A DNA stretch of 64,000 nucleotides from a virus. The notes beneath the pieces are model-generated. The model was not told the origin of the DNA, made no database searches, and saw only the letters and a program-made list of their open reading frames with translations. Below are positions 38,653 through 50,600 of this stretch, piece by piece. The stretch spans positions 34,632-98,631 of the IMG/VR virus record IMGVR_UViG_3300013101_000005. One strand, written 5' to 3'. A program made the translations under genes and the position numbers. Every line of letters begins with the position of its first letter. Positions within the stretch are counted from its first letter, which is position 1.

Positions 38653-39112
38653 AATATTTACTATACCTAAGCAAAATAATATTGAGAATATTACACAATA
38701 TTTTGGGAGGTTCTTCCATTCTCCTTTGTATTTTAATACTCAACTCCCTTATTTTGGAATATTTGCATTTGAAGCAGTTAGTGGAGATAAATTAAACACT
38801 GTTGAAGAAAATCCTGATTATAGTAATGGTACTACCCTTACTACAGAATCAGATACAAATTCAAGGTATATATGTATTAAAACAGAAATAGGGGATATAC
38901 TAAATTTATATTCTCCTTCTGTAACCCCCAACTACTTTATTGATGGGGGGGATCAGTACAGGCTTGTACCTTGTATACAAGATTCTTCTGTTTTAATTCG
39001 TATATATTCAAGTACTGGAAGTACTTTTGATACTTGGAATCCTGGTTCTGGTAATCATCCTTTTAATGATGACCACATTTTTTATGTAACTTTTTATGGG
39101 AAAAGGGTGTAA
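38645..39112 (+). CDS. Hypothetical tail-region protein
   Basis: The ATG overlaps the end of the upstream gene. Confidence 0.6.
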   Translation: MSKIFTIPKQNNIENITQYFGRFFHSPLYFNTQLPYFGIFAFEAVSGDKLNTVEENPDYSNGTTLTTESDTNSRYICIKTEIGDILNLYSPSVTPNYFIDGGDQYRLVPCIQDSSVLIRIYSSTGSTFDTWNPGSGNHPFNDDHIFYVTFYGKRV

Positions 39113-39113
39113 A

Positions 39114-40076
39114 ATGGATATAAAAGCTTTAAGTAAAGATTTCAAGAACAAGGGTGGTTACAAAACTAAAATAACCAACAATCAAATTACTATTATAGAT
39201 TCTAATAGTGTTGTTAAAATGGAAACTCACATTAATAAAATTACAGATACTTTATTTCTTGGTTTATCCAGAGGGATGAGGATTCCTGCTATGTACACTG
39301 GAGAAGCTACATATAATAGTATTACTGATTCTTGGGATGTTAAAAATAATTTAAACAAAGGATCTAATTTTTTACAAAGTGCAGTAGTAAATAAATCTGG
39401 GGATCAAATATTATCAATGACTCTTACTTTTGATGGGGCCATCTTAAACCTATCAGATAGTACCCCTCTATACTTTGTGTATAATACATCTACTCTTGGT
39501 GATTATGAAAATGACTATGTGCTGTTTCCAAGAATTTCTGATATTGTAAATAATGTTGTAACAGTAGCAATGGAATCTAATAATGCGGGTACTTGGGGAT
39601 ACTATGAATCTTCTCTTAATGGAGAAGAGGGGCTTTCTGTTGGTATTGATTGTTTATTACAAAGTACTGGTGAGGGTGCTGATACTGCTTTTTATACTCC
39701 AGGAATTCCTGATTGGACTTATGACTCCGCAGAGGTTTGGCAGGATGCTATATATGTTAATGGTTATATTTACAACACTATTATAGAAACATCAGATCTT
39801 ATTGATTGGCCATGTAAAGCAAAAGGAAGAATTATAAAATGGAGTGGTGATTGTGTTTCTGGGTCTGCGTGGCCAGGAGCTACATATGCTTATTCTACAG
39901 AACAAACATATAGAACAGGAAAGCATATTCTTAAATTTCTTGGATTAGATGGAGGAAACTTATACAAGGTTTGGGTACAAATAGATTCAGAAATAGGACA
40001 GGATAATCTAGAATGGCAACTTGTAGATTGTTTCTATACAACAGCACAAGGTGAAGGTGACATACATAATGGATAG
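39114..40076 (+). CDS. Hypothetical tail-region protein
   Basis: Coupled ORF. Confidence 0.6.
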   Translation: MDIKALSKDFKNKGGYKTKITNNQITIIDSNSVVKMETHINKITDTLFLGLSRGMRIPAMYTGEATYNSITDSWDVKNNLNKGSNFLQSAVVNKSGDQILSMTLTFDGAILNLSDSTPLYFVYNTSTLGDYENDYVLFPRISDIVNNVVTVAMESNNAGTWGYYESSLNGEEGLSVGIDCLLQSTGEGADTAFYTPGIPDWTYDSAEVWQDAIYVNGYIYNTIIETSDLIDWPCKAKGRIIKWSGDCVSGSAWPGATYAYSTEQTYRTGKHILKFLGLDGGNLYKVWVQIDSEIGQDNLEWQLVDCFYTTAQGEGDIHNG

Positions 40077-40090
40077 AGGAGTTTTATATA

Positions 40091-40681
40091 ATGAAGATTA
40101 ATAATGATTTAACCAACACTTTTGGGTTTTTTGGGCATGGTGGCTTAGGTCCTGGGAATCACCTTCTTGAGGAATTTGTATCTTCTTTGGATTTTGGTAA
40201 AGTTGCTAATATTTTAAACAAAGTTAGTTGGATTGTTGCATATAATGAAGAATCAACAGAAAGTCATTTATCTACATTTTATGGTAGTATTTTATTTAGA
40301 GAAATAGACTCTACAATGTCTGCTTTACTTGATCAAACTTTTTCAACATTTGGATTAAACTTAGCTTATGATAATCAAGATGCCGTTACAGTACATGATA
40401 TTTTTAATCCAGCAACAAACACATTTAATGTCCCTCTTGATGAAGAATTATTAATAGGAGAAATTCCTCCATATTTTAGAATAGAAGCTATATTCGACTC
40501 CGCTTCTTTACACAAATATAGAGCTTCTTTTGTTGATTATTCTTTCCCTTATGTAAAGTTTGCTTTGTTTGATTGTGAGAGTGGTGCTGAATTTACTTCT
40601 ACAGAATATGCCGCTTTGAATGATTATGAGTTGAAATTCTTTATATTTGGTTATAGACCTGTAAATGTGGCGGTATTATAA
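40091..40681 (+). CDS. Hypothetical tail-region protein
   Basis: GAGGAG SD. Confidence 0.6.
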   Translation: MKINNDLTNTFGFFGHGGLGPGNHLLEEFVSSLDFGKVANILNKVSWIVAYNEESTESHLSTFYGSILFREIDSTMSALLDQTFSTFGLNLAYDNQDAVTVHDIFNPATNTFNVPLDEELLIGEIPPYFRIEAIFDSASLHKYRASFVDYSFPYVKFALFDCESGAEFTSTEYAALNDYELKFFIFGYRPVNVAVL

Positions 40682-41658
40682 TGTGGCATAATTTTACTTT
40701 TGTTGAAAATGATACCACACATCAGTTCAAATGGAATCCGACTTCAGTTAGATTTGGTACTAAAGAAAAAACAGTACTTACCCCACTAGACGGTCCTCCT
40801 ATAATTCATTATCAAGATACAACAGAAGTTCTTGGCCAGCTTATATGGGAGAATGTCCCTGTAAAATGGAGAACTCCTTACACAAGCATAGAGGGCTTGG
40901 TAGGTAAATCTGGTGTTATTTATACGAACAAAATGCCACAATTGGTTGGTGTAAAAAATCTAATGTTACATAGTCAACTAAAAAATATGCTCACTGGTAC
41001 TGATTATTGGAGGGTGGGGTGTCTTGGAACCTATCATGAAGACAGTAGTGTTCTAGGTCCGGATGGGATTCATTTAGCTTATTTAAATAAGAATGATTCT
41101 GGTTCTACAAATGCTGGTTGTTATGTACCAAGCACAATTCCAGCAATTATTTCAGAACACAATGTACTCTCATGTTATGTAAAATATGGTGGATCTGATG
41201 AAGTTGGTATAAATATATACCAAACCGGCAGGAGTCAATCTCATTCTGCTAGTTTTACTTTTTCTGGGGGAGGAAGTGTTTTAACTCCTTATAACACAAT
41301 TACAGTGAATAATGCTGGTGCAGAAGCTGTTCCATATACTGATGATTGGTTTAGAATTTGGTTATATTTAGATGGGCATAATGCATATGCTGGTGATGCT
41401 GTTGGTGAACTTTGCCAAATTTATTTATACCCAGCAAGTGGTTGGACTTCTTCTGAGGTAATAGGTACTTATATGACTGATGTACAACTAGAACAAGGTG
41501 TGTTAAAACCCACTTGGTTTGCACAAACACAAGGGGATTCTATTGTAGAACCATTACAAGTAGAATTCCTTAATATGCAAACAGAGTATACAAACTTACC
41601 GGGCGTAGTAAAACACAACATAATACTTAATTTTAAATTAATAGGTGGTTGGCTATAA
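40681..41658 (+). CDS. Dit-like tail protein with inserted carbohydrate-binding jelly-roll domain
   Basis: F.WNP...TPLDG...L.WENVP, then KNLMLHS...SCYVK...WFRIW...VQLEQG..PT. Confidence 0.55.
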   Translation: MWHNFTFVENDTTHQFKWNPTSVRFGTKEKTVLTPLDGPPIIHYQDTTEVLGQLIWENVPVKWRTPYTSIEGLVGKSGVIYTNKMPQLVGVKNLMLHSQLKNMLTGTDYWRVGCLGTYHEDSSVLGPDGIHLAYLNKNDSGSTNAGCYVPSTIPAIISEHNVLSCYVKYGGSDEVGINIYQTGRSQSHSASFTFSGGGSVLTPYNTITVNNAGAEAVPYTDDWFRIWLYLDGHNAYAGDAVGELCQIYLYPASGWTSSEVIGTYMTDVQLEQGVLKPTWFAQTQGDSIVEPLQVEFLNMQTEYTNLPGVVKHNIILNFKLIGGWL

Positions 41659-42647
41659 TGCGGTTACATTTTGGTTATCAAAATTTGATTGGTGATAGTG
41701 GTAAGGTTGCTGGTGGTGACAGCAATACTATGGCAATGATTAGTGGGACAGACCTCTATGGAACCACAGTTGCTCCTGATGGCTCTTCAACTGCTGAGGG
41801 ATATTCTAATGATACCGCTTTATCTTGGAGAGGAATTACTACTCAAACTAGATCTGATTTAGATGCCGGGGAAGATATTTATTTGTGGGGAGGGTACATA
41901 AAACCAACATCTGATGGAAGTATAAGACATATTATGTACGTAAATGGTGATAAGGCTTCAAATTGTTTTGGTTATAACATCTCTTTTCATGATGGTAGTG
42001 TATTTTCTGCTATAGATAATCCATGGATGACCTCTGATGATTGTTTAGATTATGGATATTTTTCCTTAAGAAATAATTGGATTTATGCTTATATGGTTTG
42101 TGATTATAGACATAAATCTGGTAGTGGTGTTGAATTTATACATTATGTAAATGCAAACCAAACGTCTTGGCAAGTAGATGAGGGAGCATATATGTGGGGG
42201 TTTACTTTAGAAAAAACCCAAGAACGTAGATTAAACGGGCCTCCTATTATTACAGGTGTAAATCTTATAGACCATACTGATTTTCCTGTTGTAGATTTTA
42301 CACAACTCCCATCAAATATAGAAGAAATAGAAAATGACATTTATGGTTATATTAAAAGCACTACAGGAGCCTTAATGAATCATAGTACTTTTGTAGATAA
42401 AAATTTAAAAACTATGATATGGGATAAAATAAATTATGTTAAAAATGGAAGAATGATTCATGGGCTAAGATCAGCATTAAGAGAAAATTTAGAACAGGAT
42501 TGTGTCTTATTTTATCCAAAGGGATTTAAAAGCAGAATAGATTGGGCGTATGTTCGTATAGTTGATTTTAGATTTGAATACACTGAAATTCCTAATGTTG
42601 CTATAGTAGAAGTAGATTATTATATAATTAATTCACAAAGGTACTAG
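41658..42647 (+). CDS. Second Dit-like tail protein with N-terminal carbohydrate-binding-like domain
   Basis: QNLIGDS..APDG...YIKP...NWIYAY...YMWGFTLE, then F.QLP...STTG...MIWDKI. Confidence 0.5.
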   Translation: MRLHFGYQNLIGDSGKVAGGDSNTMAMISGTDLYGTTVAPDGSSTAEGYSNDTALSWRGITTQTRSDLDAGEDIYLWGGYIKPTSDGSIRHIMYVNGDKASNCFGYNISFHDGSVFSAIDNPWMTSDDCLDYGYFSLRNNWIYAYMVCDYRHKSGSGVEFIHYVNANQTSWQVDEGAYMWGFTLEKTQERRLNGPPIITGVNLIDHTDFPVVDFTQLPSNIEEIENDIYGYIKSTTGALMNHSTFVDKNLKTMIWDKINYVKNGRMIHGLRSALRENLEQDCVLFYPKGFKSRIDWAYVRIVDFRFEYTEIPNVAIVEVDYYIINSQRY

Positions 42648-42655
42648 AGGTAAAA

Positions 42656-45600
42656 ATGAGTATTAAACACCACCAAGCAACAGTTTCCACAACTTTAAAA
42701 GAAGCTGGGGATAAAGTAGTCCAAAAACATGATTCTACTGTATCTGTTTATAGAACAAACTACTCTTTCCCTTCTAACGGAGCAGATTACTATGTGTTTA
42801 ATAGCTCCTTAGGTGGGGCTTCTGGCCCTTCCTTGGCTAGTCCTGATGACCCAAATATTGTTAGCTATGGAAATATAGGGAATCTCTTCATAGATTGGGA
42901 GGGCGGCGGTCCTGAGGCTTCGACCTCTTCTATATGGCAAACAATAATCCAAGGAATGGCTTGGGGGCTAAATGGTCCAGCAGCCCCTGTAGATGTTACA
43001 TTTAAACTTGTGTACAGTGGTGGAGTTATTTTAAGTACTGGTGCGTGGGGGTCATATGAAGACACCCCTTCTGGTAATTTGTCAACTGTTTTAATAGATG
43101 ATTGGGATCAAGACGGAACTTCTGTTGTTCAGACTAGAGTGGTTTCTCAAGAAGTAACTGGAGCAGGTTTTATAAATACAGGAGCTTTTGCTTTTAGATT
43201 ACGTTACTGGAATAGAAGTGATGCCCCACATCTAGTTTGTTTTATAAAGAGGGATGGTATAGATGATGATTTTGTTGTTATGGGGGCATCTACTTTATCC
43301 TCTGGTTATGTGCCTGTTAATGGAGAGACATATGCAGCAACAAAAACTGTTTTAGAAGATGTAGTATCTTGGAATATTGATAGAGCACATGATAATATTA
43401 CTACAGCAGATATTCTTTTATTTGTAGATGCAACCACATCCTCAAATGCATATGATCCTGAAACAGAATCCTTTGGTGATATACGTAAAGGGAACTATAT
43501 AGAAATAGAAGCTGGATATAATGGTGAACAAACAAAAAGATTTGTTGGTAATATATCTGGTAGTACTCAAATTTCTCGTGAAGCAGAGGGGGCATATGTA
43601 ACATTGCATTGTGAAAGTATCGAGGGATTTTTAATAGACTCAAAAAACTTTAATTATCCTAATAATGCAATGTATAGCTATGCTGAATACACAACAGATG
43701 CAAGTGCTTATTATGAACCAAATGGAATAAAGCGTCCAGTAGCCTTTGACCAATGGGGATTAACTAGAGCTATAAGGGCTGTTTCTCTTAATGCTGGTGT
43801 AGACGACTATTATTTAAATCAATATAGACAATTTTATGCAGAAAATGGTACAATAACAACATCAACAACAAAATTAATAAGAGATTTAAATATATTCATA
43901 TCACGAACTAACGTTCTGCCTGATATAAATGTTAATTTACCAGAACAAGAATATCTTTGGGTATACGATTTCGGACAAGACACAGCTTATGATATCATAA
44001 AAGATATATTATCAAAATATGGATACTATTTAAGTAGTCTTGGTGGTGGCGATTTTTGTGGTTCTTTTGAACTTATTGAAGTAGAGTCTCCTACAGATAT
44101 AATAACTAAAATAAACACAGGGCTATCAAGTAATTACGTAGAGGGAATCCCTACGGAATATGCTGAGGGGTTCCTTTCTACTAAAATGAAAGCAAGTACT
44201 TCTACTTTAGTTGTTAATTGGGCAGGGAGTGGTATGGCCCTGTTAATGGGAGTAGGCCCTTCTTTAGCTGATTCTATAGCTATAACATATAAAGTTAATG
44301 TGTCTGATGGAGATTGGACTAATGCTTATGGGTATACACATGATTTTACTACATACGCTACAAGATTTATTGATACAGAATATGTAAATAGTGATTACAA
44401 TATTTTTTCATATGAAAACATTAATGCTCCCTCAGGTGGTAACCCCTCAATATTCTCTATTATTTTTAGTATTGATGATGAGGGTAATCCAGTACCATTA
44501 CCATATGGTGACCATTTAATACGATTGTCTAAAACGGTAGCAGAGGAAGCTTTTTTTGAAGGTGTTTTGGGCTATGATTTTGGAGGGGATTCTTATAAAG
44601 AATATTCTACATATGATATAATTACAGCTTTTTCTGTAGAAAATAGTATTGCTGATATAAGGAATGATATAGTAGTTCTAGGTGCCCCAAGGGGTGGATT
44701 CTCTTTTGTAGCAGATGAGGATTCTATCGCAAATGTACAAGAAAAATATGTTACATCAAGAGCCGCAGATCCTAGATCTATTTATGACCCAACATATAAA
44801 TTCTATGTAGGACGTAGAAAACAATTTGTAATAGAAGATCCAACAATTGTTACACAAGAAAGAGCAGATTGGTTAGCTGTTCATGTATTAGAAAAGTATA
44901 GAACTACCTCTAATGTAGGAGCTATCTCTATCCCATGTGATCTTGGGTTACAAGTTTATGACCAAATAAATATAGAAGAAGTACAAACAGGTTCTATTGA
45001 CTCTGGCTCTGGGTTTTATGCAAATCAATTAGTTGAAACATACTCTAAAGAGGAATATTCCTTACAGATTTCCTATTTAAATCATTGGATTCCTCCATCA
45101 TTTAGAAGAAGGGAACAAATAACATTAAATGATATTAGAGATTATTTTAATAATAGCCCAATTGCCTTTGAGAGGCAAACAGTTCCAATATTAGATGTAA
45201 GAACAGGCTATGATCCTATGTCAGCAGAAGATGGTATATATATTGATTTTGAGTGGACATTACTGGTACCGGGTATTCATTCTCTTGAGTTATTTGATAC
45301 ACGTGGTGACCAAAGAATACCGTTATACCATGCTTCTGAAAACCCAAATGAGCTAGTGGCTGTCCCTTTCGTTGGTATATATGAGTACCCTGGTAAATAT
45401 AGAGCAAGGTGGGATGGGGTACATGAGGGGTATGATTTAAATAGTAAATTTGCAAATACAAATTATGCAGACGTATACTATACTCCAAGGGGGCATGGAT
45501 ACGGTGCTAGAGGGCAAGATACTGCTATTATAGATGAAGTTCATCCTATACAAATAGAAGACGGGGATTTTCGTGCTGCCAAAAGAGTATATTTTCCTTT

Positions 45601-47677
45601 ATACCCTGTAATAAAATTTCAACCAATATACCCAGAGCACAGTACTTTAAACAATGTATTAAATTTTGGGTCAGAAAGCGGTACTGGATATAGTGATGGT
45701 GTCCTTATTTCTCAAGGAGATAATTCTTCTTTTGATGTGCAACACTTTGATTTAGAAGAGAGACAAAAACTATATTGGAATTTTGATCAAGAACGGTTTG
45801 GGACAGCAACAGATCAAGCTAATTTTATGGCCCACACTTCTCATGCAACAGATGCAGCGTTTGCAGAAGATGTTGATAACGTATTTATCAGGGAACAAAG
45901 TAGAACAGAAGCATATCAATTAAATAATGACATAACGCATCGTGTAATGGCCTGTGACCCCAAAAGACCCTTTGCAGAACCAACAGATACTGCTGGGTAT
46001 GGTGGTATAAGAAGACGACCTGTTAATATGCCCATGATAGATGAAACTGTTGGGGTTAGAATGTTTGTTGATGGTGTTTATGATAAAGATAGACGGTATA
46101 ACATATGGACAGCTAACCTACATATAGATGTGTTAACCCATTATATAGATACTTGTACTTATAATATAACTCAATATAGGGCAAGGGATAGAGGGCAGGG
46201 GGGGATATTCACATATAATATTAATGAATCTGTTACAAGAAAATTTAATTACTTTTTTAGACAACCACTACATGATATTCCTTTAGTTAGTTTTAATTTA
46301 TCTAGACAAACAATACCTGTTAAATCTTGGACATTTTTACCAGGAATAGAAGATAGTACAACATCCACCTCCGTTATTTTTGAAACAGTATTAAAAGATC
46401 AAGAAATATCAATACAACAAGCTGCTTTTGATACTATAAATACAGATGCGGCTGGAATTTCTGGTGTTGGGGTCGGCTCTGTTTTTGCTATTCCTATAAA
46501 TAGAATGACAGGAACTTCCTTAGATGGTTTTAACTTTTTTAGAAATTCAGCAGTATCATATTCTATACTAGAAAGACTTCATTGGCAAGGTGATATGCCA
46601 TTATTTCTAAGAACTTCCTTTGTAAGAGATTGGGACCAAAGAGAATTCTGGGAATCTAATAGAGAGTGGGCTGGGGATTATATAGATAATATAACAGGGA
46701 ATACTTACTTGTATAGTTATACAGGAACTACCTATTATGATCGTAAAATTTATAATTCTATCGTTGTTTCTATTGAATATTTACTAATAGATAGACTTGG
46801 TAGGGGATATTATTCCAGTGCAAAAACAGACGAAGGTAGAGTCCTAGTAGGAAGAAGAAATGATATAGAATTTCATTCTGAATTGGGTAGAGAGTTGTGC
46901 AAGTATGTTAACAGGTGGGATCCTTATTTACCCTCTGCTTGTTACTTTGAAAGATCTCCATATTCATTTACACATACTGATTTTGGAGACAGTTATTTAA
47001 ATACTATTAGAAATCATGGTAATACAACATATACACCATATGATCCAGATTATGATGGATTAAATTTAACAACACAAATACACAGAGAAGTTCAAACAAA
47101 AACAACATCAGACGTTGTACAAGGTACCACGTTGTTCCCATTAGATTCTGTTGAAAGAGTAGTAAGACCTAGTATTATATCTTATCCTTGGTATGTATAT
47201 CCAGCGAATCTCCCTGATTTAAATACTAGTGAAAATGCTGATGGGGCTTTATTTGGATTTTTTGGTACACCAAATACCCATTTAAATTCAAAAGTATGGC
47301 ACGCTCATAGTGTCTCTGGTAATTTTCCAAGGGACCATACTAATGAACCAGTAGACCAAGTAGGGCCGTGGGGACTCCCTGTTTATATTTCAGGTGGTTT
47401 TACAAATAAAGTTTTATCAATAGTTAATCATTCTGGTAGATATGATGCTATATCTGAATTATCCCAATGCCCTATCTTAGGCTTGCCAAGGGATGGGCAC
47501 ACTTGGTCAAACTGGTATGTAAGAGAATGGAATAATTTAGGAGTACCAAACCCAACTCTAGATGATTCATATATAAGCGCAAGAAGTGGTTTGTACGCTT
47601 TACTAAAAAATGCACCAGTATTCACACTGGTTGGCGGCGGTAATTATACTTGTAATAATTTTACACTTAGTTTCTAA
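42656..47677 (+). CDS. Large tail tip/hub (Tal-like) protein, 1673 aa
   Basis: IEIEAGY...RFVGNI, DIRNDIVVLG, IEDP.I.T...A..LA and GLQVYDQI hub-type motifs; FlgD-Ig-like segment near 45235-45420. Confidence 0.7.
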   Translation: MSIKHHQATVSTTLKEAGDKVVQKHDSTVSVYRTNYSFPSNGADYYVFNSSLGGASGPSLASPDDPNIVSYGNIGNLFIDWEGGGPEASTSSIWQTIIQGMAWGLNGPAAPVDVTFKLVYSGGVILSTGAWGSYEDTPSGNLSTVLIDDWDQDGTSVVQTRVVSQEVTGAGFINTGAFAFRLRYWNRSDAPHLVCFIKRDGIDDDFVVMGASTLSSGYVPVNGETYAATKTVLEDVVSWNIDRAHDNITTADILLFVDATTSSNAYDPETESFGDIRKGNYIEIEAGYNGEQTKRFVGNISGSTQISREAEGAYVTLHCESIEGFLIDSKNFNYPNNAMYSYAEYTTDASAYYEPNGIKRPVAFDQWGLTRAIRAVSLNAGVDDYYLNQYRQFYAENGTITTSTTKLIRDLNIFISRTNVLPDINVNLPEQEYLWVYDFGQDTAYDIIKDILSKYGYYLSSLGGGDFCGSFELIEVESPTDIITKINTGLSSNYVEGIPTEYAEGFLSTKMKASTSTLVVNWAGSGMALLMGVGPSLADSIAITYKVNVSDGDWTNAYGYTHDFTTYATRFIDTEYVNSDYNIFSYENINAPSGGNPSIFSIIFSIDDEGNPVPLPYGDHLIRLSKTVAEEAFFEGVLGYDFGGDSYKEYSTYDIITAFSVENSIADIRNDIVVLGAPRGGFSFVADEDSIANVQEKYVTSRAADPRSIYDPTYKFYVGRRKQFVIEDPTIVTQERADWLAVHVLEKYRTTSNVGAISIPCDLGLQVYDQINIEEVQTGSIDSGSGFYANQLVETYSKEEYSLQISYLNHWIPPSFRRREQITLNDIRDYFNNSPIAFERQTVPILDVRTGYDPMSAEDGIYIDFEWTLLVPGIHSLELFDTRGDQRIPLYHASENPNELVAVPFVGIYEYPGKYRARWDGVHEGYDLNSKFANTNYADVYYTPRGHGYGARGQDTAIIDEVHPIQIEDGDFRAAKRVYFPLYPVIKFQPIYPEHSTLNNVLNFGSESGTGYSDGVLISQGDNSSFDVQHFDLEERQKLYWNFDQERFGTATDQANFMAHTSHATDAAFAEDVDNVFIREQSRTEAYQLNNDITHRVMACDPKRPFAEPTDTAGYGGIRRRPVNMPMIDETVGVRMFVDGVYDKDRRYNIWTANLHIDVLTHYIDTCTYNITQYRARDRGQGGIFTYNINESVTRKFNYFFRQPLHDIPLVSFNLSRQTIPVKSWTFLPGIEDSTTSTSVIFETVLKDQEISIQQAAFDTINTDAAGISGVGVGSVFAIPINRMTGTSLDGFNFFRNSAVSYSILERLHWQGDMPLFLRTSFVRDWDQREFWESNREWAGDYIDNITGNTYLYSYTGTTYYDRKIYNSIVVSIEYLLIDRLGRGYYSSAKTDEGRVLVGRRNDIEFHSELGRELCKYVNRWDPYLPSACYFERSPYSFTHTDFGDSYLNTIRNHGNTTYTPYDPDYDGLNLTTQIHREVQTKTTSDVVQGTTLFPLDSVERVVRPSIISYPWYVYPANLPDLNTSENADGALFGFFGTPNTHLNSKVWHAHSVSGNFPRDHTNEPVDQVGPWGLPVYISGGFTNKVLSIVNHSGRYDAISELSQCPILGLPRDGHTWSNWYVREWNNLGVPNPTLDDSYISARSGLYALLKNAPVFTLVGGGNYTCNNFTLSF

Positions 47678-47686
47678 GGGGTTAAT

Positions 47687-50600
47687 GTGAAAAAGACACA
47701 AAGGCAAGATGTTATAGATCAAATACGTGATTTATCAAAATCTCGTAAATCTGTATATATTAAGGATCTGAATATTCAAGGAATACATTTTGAAGAAACA
47801 ATACCAGATGACCAAGCAGAAGGCCAAGATAGTATTGTTAGGTGGAATAGAATAACTTATTATCAGGATAATTCTACACAACCATCAGAATCATTATTTG
47901 AAAACATAGACAACCTTATAAATCCTAATATAAATACAGATGATATAGTATCTTTATCTGGATTAAGTGATACAAATATAACATATCAAATAAACTCAAA
48001 ATACACCACAATTATAAAAACCCAAAAAACAATAACAGATACATTAACACTATCTGGTAAATGTTGGGCAACTCTATATATAAATAATACTTTAGTATTA
48101 ACGCATAAGTATGATCCTGAGATTGAAGGATCTATTACTACTGTTACTTCAATACCTATCCCTTTTCCTAGACAACAGGAAATAACAATTCAAATTTATG
48201 TGTATGGGCACCTGAATGATACTAATACTGAGACTATCTCTCTATCTGGTAGGGCCTTTAGTTTTATTGAATACAATAGACTAGAAACTGTTTTACCTCC
48301 GTTAAACCTTTTTGCTACAGATAACTTAATTAATACTGTAAAAGTATCTTGGGAACAACAACAAGGGACAATTGGACAAGGTGGTGGAGTTGAGGTTTGG
48401 GGGAAACAACAAGATATTGAGTCTGATTATGTGTTGTTAGGTAGAGTTCCTTACCCTTCAGAATTTTTTATGCATACAGAACAAATAGGAAGTTCTGGTC
48501 TTATATCCAATGCTACCTTACAGCGATATAATTTTTATGGTGACACAGAGCTTGGGGCAGCGGTACCGGATTCTGAATATACAGATGGGACAGGTCTTGT
48601 GGATTGGGGAGTAACTAATCCTGCATCAGGAGCAGGGCAATTCTATGTTAGTAATTCTAGTATACCTGGCCAAGAATATATGTTATCTTACAATGTTAAT
48701 TTAAAATATGATATACCATTTAATGAGGAAGTATCCTCAACACTAAGAGTACCAGCAGAGATAATAAATCTTAAATTACAAGATCCAATTCTATTTACGT
48801 ACAATAGTACATATACTCTAAAGGTTGATTCTGCTATAACACAACCAACCATACCCACAAGTGGACACATAGAGTGGGTTTGGGACTACGATCCAAATAT
48901 AACAGATGCCCAAGTCCAATGTATTGTTTACATAAGTGGTAGCCCTACTACTTTTACTGTAGATGCTGTAGAAGGTAGTTATATACATGAATTAACCTTT
49001 AGCCAAATTTATAATTATTATTTAGATCCATCATATATTGATGCTGAATTTAAAACAACAAATGCTTTAAGAAATTCTGATAGTGCAGATTCTGAGATCT
49101 ATTATCAAGGTACCAGTATACATTGTACTCATAGTGATCTAGCTTCTGGTGTTTTGGACTCTAAACCATTTACAGTTAAGCCTGATGAAGAACTTACTGT
49201 AGAAATATTAACTTCTGACGATTTTGGTGTATTTCAGCTAGGGGGGATTCTTTATACTCAGAAAGAAAATGGGGACCCTTCTGGTAATGTGCATTTAACA
49301 AATCTTAAAAAGACTAGACAAGGTACTTTATATAAGTATACAAAAACAATTAAGATCATAAACCCAGAAGCTAGAGTTGCCTTTCTTTCTTTGGGGATAA
49401 GTGCCCCAAACGAGAGTGGTTCTGGAGAAATAAAATTTCACCAAATTGATGTGCTAAAACTTGCAACAAAAAGCCTCCCAAGTGGAGCAGCTTATAGTTA
49501 CAAAATAAGAAATTACACAAGAACATATTCATTTTCTGAATTTACAGATCCGGTTGTTGGTTATGCTGCTAGAGAAATTTATTACTTAACATTAACTGCT
49601 GATACTGAGTATGTTTCTTCTTTTCAAAGTACTAAGATATATGCAAGGGCTACTTCCCCGTTGTCTTACATAGATGTTGAAACAGTTCCTCCTGATGGTG
49701 AGTATGTTATTCCTTTGCAAGAGGTAGGACATAGTTTAAACTTGGCTGATTATACTTTTGAATACAGACCTTTACTTAGTAATTGTGTTATTTTTGATAC
49801 ATTTGAAACAGATCGTGATTTACGAGAGAATCCTGATGCAAATGGTGGTCTAACCAATGGTTTTGAAACATACGAAAATTCCCCGGCAAGAATACCGGCT
49901 GTTTGGAGAATTGAAGGGCCAACTACACCCTATTTGTGGGCAGATAGTGTATATAAATTTTGGAATCCTGGTGATTCTGAATCTAATGCTTACAGCACTT
50001 TTATTCAATTCGATGACTATAACCGATATAAATACAAAGAGTATGATTTAACAAAAGTTTCTACATTTTATTCTGGTATTTTAGGGAATAGTGGTTATGG
50101 TGGGGCACATAACCAAAAAGATCCAAAAAATATGGATAAATTTAGCCTTGGTATGATACTTAGAATAGATGCCCATAGCCAAAATGTTGGAGAAAATAGT
50201 ATAATTACTAGATCTCCACAAATATACACATTACATGTGTACCCACACTCCACAAATGTAGTTAGGCTTGCCCTAGCTATCCGTGGTAATCAGTATAGCT
50301 GGCAAAATCCAGATAATGGTGATGTTGTTTTAATACATACTATGCCTGTAACAACAGATGCTGATACTTACTTTTATGTACACGCTTCTGCTGATTGTAA
50401 CGCACTAGATGACCCAACTAGAACTTACATGGCTGTGCATGAAGTATCCTTAGATACAGATGCTACAGTAGAAAATTTGTATTCTGACAATGTACTGATA
50501 AACAGTACTAGATCTGAATGGTGGAATTGGGAGGATGCTGATCAAGCCTTTTTGGGATTTTCGTCTGGTAGTGCTACTGGGGATTTTTGCACATTTACTG

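Noticed and set aside
737-42647. Possible TAG stop-codon reassignment, since many genes end in TAG
   Set aside because: Conserved proteins are full length under the standard code, and these TAGs often overlap the next gene's SD (TAGGAG, TAGAGG).
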